A DNA stretch of 64,000 nt from Anaeramoeba ignava BMAN (Eukaryota; Protista; Anaeramoebae). The position numbers and the translations under genes are program-made. Below, piece after piece: positions 61,301 to 64,000 of this stretch; positions within the stretch are counted from its first letter, which is position 1; every line of letters begins with the position of its first letter. Under the pieces are notes generated by a model that worked only from the letters and a program-made list of their open reading frames with translations, was not told where the DNA came from and ran no database searches. Location of the stretch: the NCBI GenBank assembly GCA_028826165.1, contig JAPDFW010000114.1, positions 966,942 through 1,030,941 of the forward strand. The letters run 5' to 3'.

Positions 61301-62672
61301 ATTAATATTTTTTTCGATGGAATATCATCACTTATAATTTTAACATGATTTGATGGAAAAATTCCTATTCTTTCAGTCATTAAACTTCTTCCTCTTATCC
61401 ATCCTGCAATTTCTTCACTTGTTTCAATTAATTCTCCAAATTCTAATGGTATTTGTTCTTGTGCTGTTGGAGAAAACTGATATAAAGCTTTATAAAACAA
61501 TCATTTATAATTTAATTTATAATTTAATTTATAATTTTATTTATAATTTAATTTATAATTTAATTTATAATTTAATTTATAATTTAATTTTATTTATAAT
61601 TTTAATTTATTTATAATTTAATTTATAATTTTATTTATAATTTTATTTATAATTTAATTTATAATTTTATTTATAATTTAATTTATAATTTAATTTATAA
61701 TTTAATTTATAATTTAATTTATAATTTTATTTATAATTTTATTTATAATTTTATTTATAATTTTATTTATAATTTTATTTATAATTTAATTTATAATTTT
61801 ATTTATAATTTTAATTTATAATTTAATTTATAATTTTATTTATAATTTTATTTATAATTTTATTTATAATTTAATTTATAATTTAATTTATAATTTAATT
61901 TATAATTTTATTTATAATTTAATTTTATAATTTTAATTTTTTATTTTTATATTTTAATTTTTATAATTTAATTTATAATTTAATTTATAATTTAATTTAT
62001 AATTTTAATTTATAATTTTAATTTATAATTTTAATTTATAATTTTATTTATAATTTAATTTATAATTTTATTTATAATTTAATTTATAATTTAATTTATA
62101 ATTTTATTTATAATTTTAATTTATAATTTTATTTATAATTTTATTTATAATTTAATTTATAATTTTATTTATAATTTTAATTTATAATTTTATTTATAAT
62201 TTTATTTATAATTTTATTTATAATTTATAATTTTATTTATAATTTTATTTATAATTTTATTTATAATTTTATTTATATTTTAATTTATAATTTTATTTAT
62301 AATTTAATTTATAATTTAATTTATATTTTAATTTATAATTTTATTTATAATTTAATTTATAATTTTATTTATAATTTAATTTATTATTTTATTTATAATT
62401 TTATTTATAAATTTAATTTATAATTTAATTTATAATTTTATTTATAATTTAATTTATAATTTTATTTATAATTTTATTTATAATTTTGTTTATAATTTTA
62501 TTTATAATTTAATTTATAATTTTGTTTATAATTTTGTTTATAATTTAATTTATAATTTTGTGGAAAAATAAATAAAAACGTTATTTATTTTTATTTATAA
62601 ATTTCAAATTAATTTTTAAATAAATATCAAACCAACTGCACATTTCCTTATTGGTTTCCAAGTATTTGTCAT
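55312..62672 (-). CDS. DOCK180-family Rac GEF (SH3, DHR1/C2, DHR2)
   Basis: MTNTWKPIRKCAV|ALYQF..GWIRG..GIFPSNHV (SH3); HDLYI..KNIE..PHWNENIKI..HLYFEF (DHR1); YFRVGFYGKGF..EFIY; LSMCLNGIIDAAVNGGVFKYQQAF (DHR2 valine sensor); multi-exon. Confidence 0.93.
60490..61100. repeat. (GAATT/GAATTTT)n tract in a DOCK intron
   Basis: Read directly from the sequence. Confidence 0.85.
61505..62560. repeat. (ATTTATAATTT[A/T])n tract in DOCK intron 1
   Basis: Read directly from the sequence. Confidence 0.9.
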
Positions 62673-62855
62673 AATTTTTGGTTAATTAAATTTTAAATGA
62701 AAAATTTTTGTTGTTTTTGTATTGTTTTTAAATTGATGTTTTCTTTTTTTATTTATTTGAGAAGAAAAAGCAAAAAGAAAAATGAAAAATGAAAATTAAA
62801 AAGAAAAAATTAATTAAAAAAATTATTAGTAATCTCTCTTCTCTCTCTTTTCTTT

Positions 62856-64000
62856 TTAAATTATCTTATTACTAAATAATTTTATTAATGTTTCAATTAA
62901 TGATTTAAAATTCTGAAATTGATTATTAAAATTACTTAATGATGAAAGAAGATTTAATTGAGAATCAAGATCAGAAACTGAAACAGATAATTCTTTAACA
63001 TAATTATAAAAAGGAATAATTTTTGAAAGTAATAAAGTTAAAGGTTTTAATACCAATTCATCAATATTATTTAAAGATTTACTATCTTTTAATTGTGTTA
63101 AATTTGCTATGTTTTTTAAACTTAAATGAGCTTCTTGTGCAAAAATTGAAAATTTCTGTTTTTGTTCTTCTCCAAATCCTGTTATTGCTTGATTTGATGA
63201 TTTAAATAAAGAAATAAAATTTTCACTAAATTTTTGGATTGATGTTCGAATTATAATGTGTGATTGCTTGAAAATTAATAATTGTATCAAATTAATCAAC
63301 TTGAAAATACTTGAAATACTTTCTTGAATATTTGTTTCAAAAGATTCTGAAATTGGTTTTAATTGTTTGATTATTTGATAAATTTGATTTAATGAAGATT
63401 GAAAAGCTGTTAAATAATTTGTATTTGAATAAAATAATTGTGAATTTCCTGTTAATAGTTGTAAAATTTGATTAAATTGATTAATAATAGGATTAGAATC
63501 TTCAACTAATTTAGTATTTATTGATTTGGTTTTCATTTCTGTTGTAATTTTGCTAAATTGTAAAATGAGTGAATTTGCTGATTCAATAAATTGATGTGTT
63601 GTTCCTGTACTAAATGAGTTTGAGGGTGATTTTTGATTTTGATTTGGAATCTGATTCTGATGATTCTATATTTGTTAATAATGATATTAATTTCCCAATT
63701 AATTCACTCAATATTGTAATATTAGGATTATCTGTTTCAACTATTTTGGCTTTATTCTCTTTAATAAATATTATTTTGTTTTGAATTTGTTGAAGATTTG
63801 CTAAAAATTTCTGAAGAAAACTTGTGTTATTTTTGTTACTGTTTATAACATTTTCTGAAATAATATCCCAAAAATTAGATATTTCTTGAAATTATTCATT
63901 ATTGTAATTAAAGTTTCAGAATTTGAATAGAAAAAGTTGAATAAGAATCAAAAATTTCAGATCCATAAACTTTTGCCAAGTACAAACTTGACCAAAAGAG
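62856..64000 (-). CDS. 3' part of an all-helical (talin/vinculin-bundle-like?) protein, with several indels, continuing beyond the window
   Basis: ORF 62856-63536 is open upstream to about 63610; coding-like frames continue to 64000 with frameshifts near 63612, 63890 and 63930. Confidence 0.5.

Noticed and set aside
1810-63620. Euplotes-like +1 programmed frameshifting at stop codons (ATT TGA about 1816, TTA TAA about 27735, ATT TAG about 63612)
   Set aside because: In AT-rich DNA a stop follows any indel quickly. All sites are in short homopolymers, and the gene at 63890-63930 also shows apparent deletions, so sequencing or assembly indels (or decay) are more parsimonious.
1-64000. tRNA/rRNA genes, inteins and autonomous transposase or reverse-transcriptase ORFs
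   Set aside because: None recognisable by eye; tRNAscan-SE, Infernal and HMM searches would be needed to exclude them formally

Overview
Extremely AT-rich, intron-containing eukaryotic DNA with GT-AG spliceosomal introns and the standard genetic code. The [FeFe]-hydrogenase, HydF with an organellar presequence, expanded BTB/ankyrin families, TCATTT initiator-like motifs and bacterial-type metabolic genes point to an anaerobic hydrogenosome-bearing protist, most likely a metamonad such as Anaeramoeba (inference). About 19 protein genes are separated or interrupted by simple-repeat tracts and three longer-unit tandem arrays. Two results stand out. (1) An ankyrin-BTB gene at 6548-12316, almost invisible in the ORF track, reconstructs by hand into 39 exons with 38 phase-0 introns, including 16 single-codon (3-nt) and two 6-nt microexons that supply the beta-hairpin residues of the ankyrin repeats. 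It is a candidate combinatorial-splicing receptor system, with an intronless paralog 5 kb away. (2) A WD40 beta-propeller/[FeFe]-hydrogenase/flavodoxin fusion at 39868-47188 has intact H-cluster motifs. All gene models are manual and need RNA-seq confirmation.
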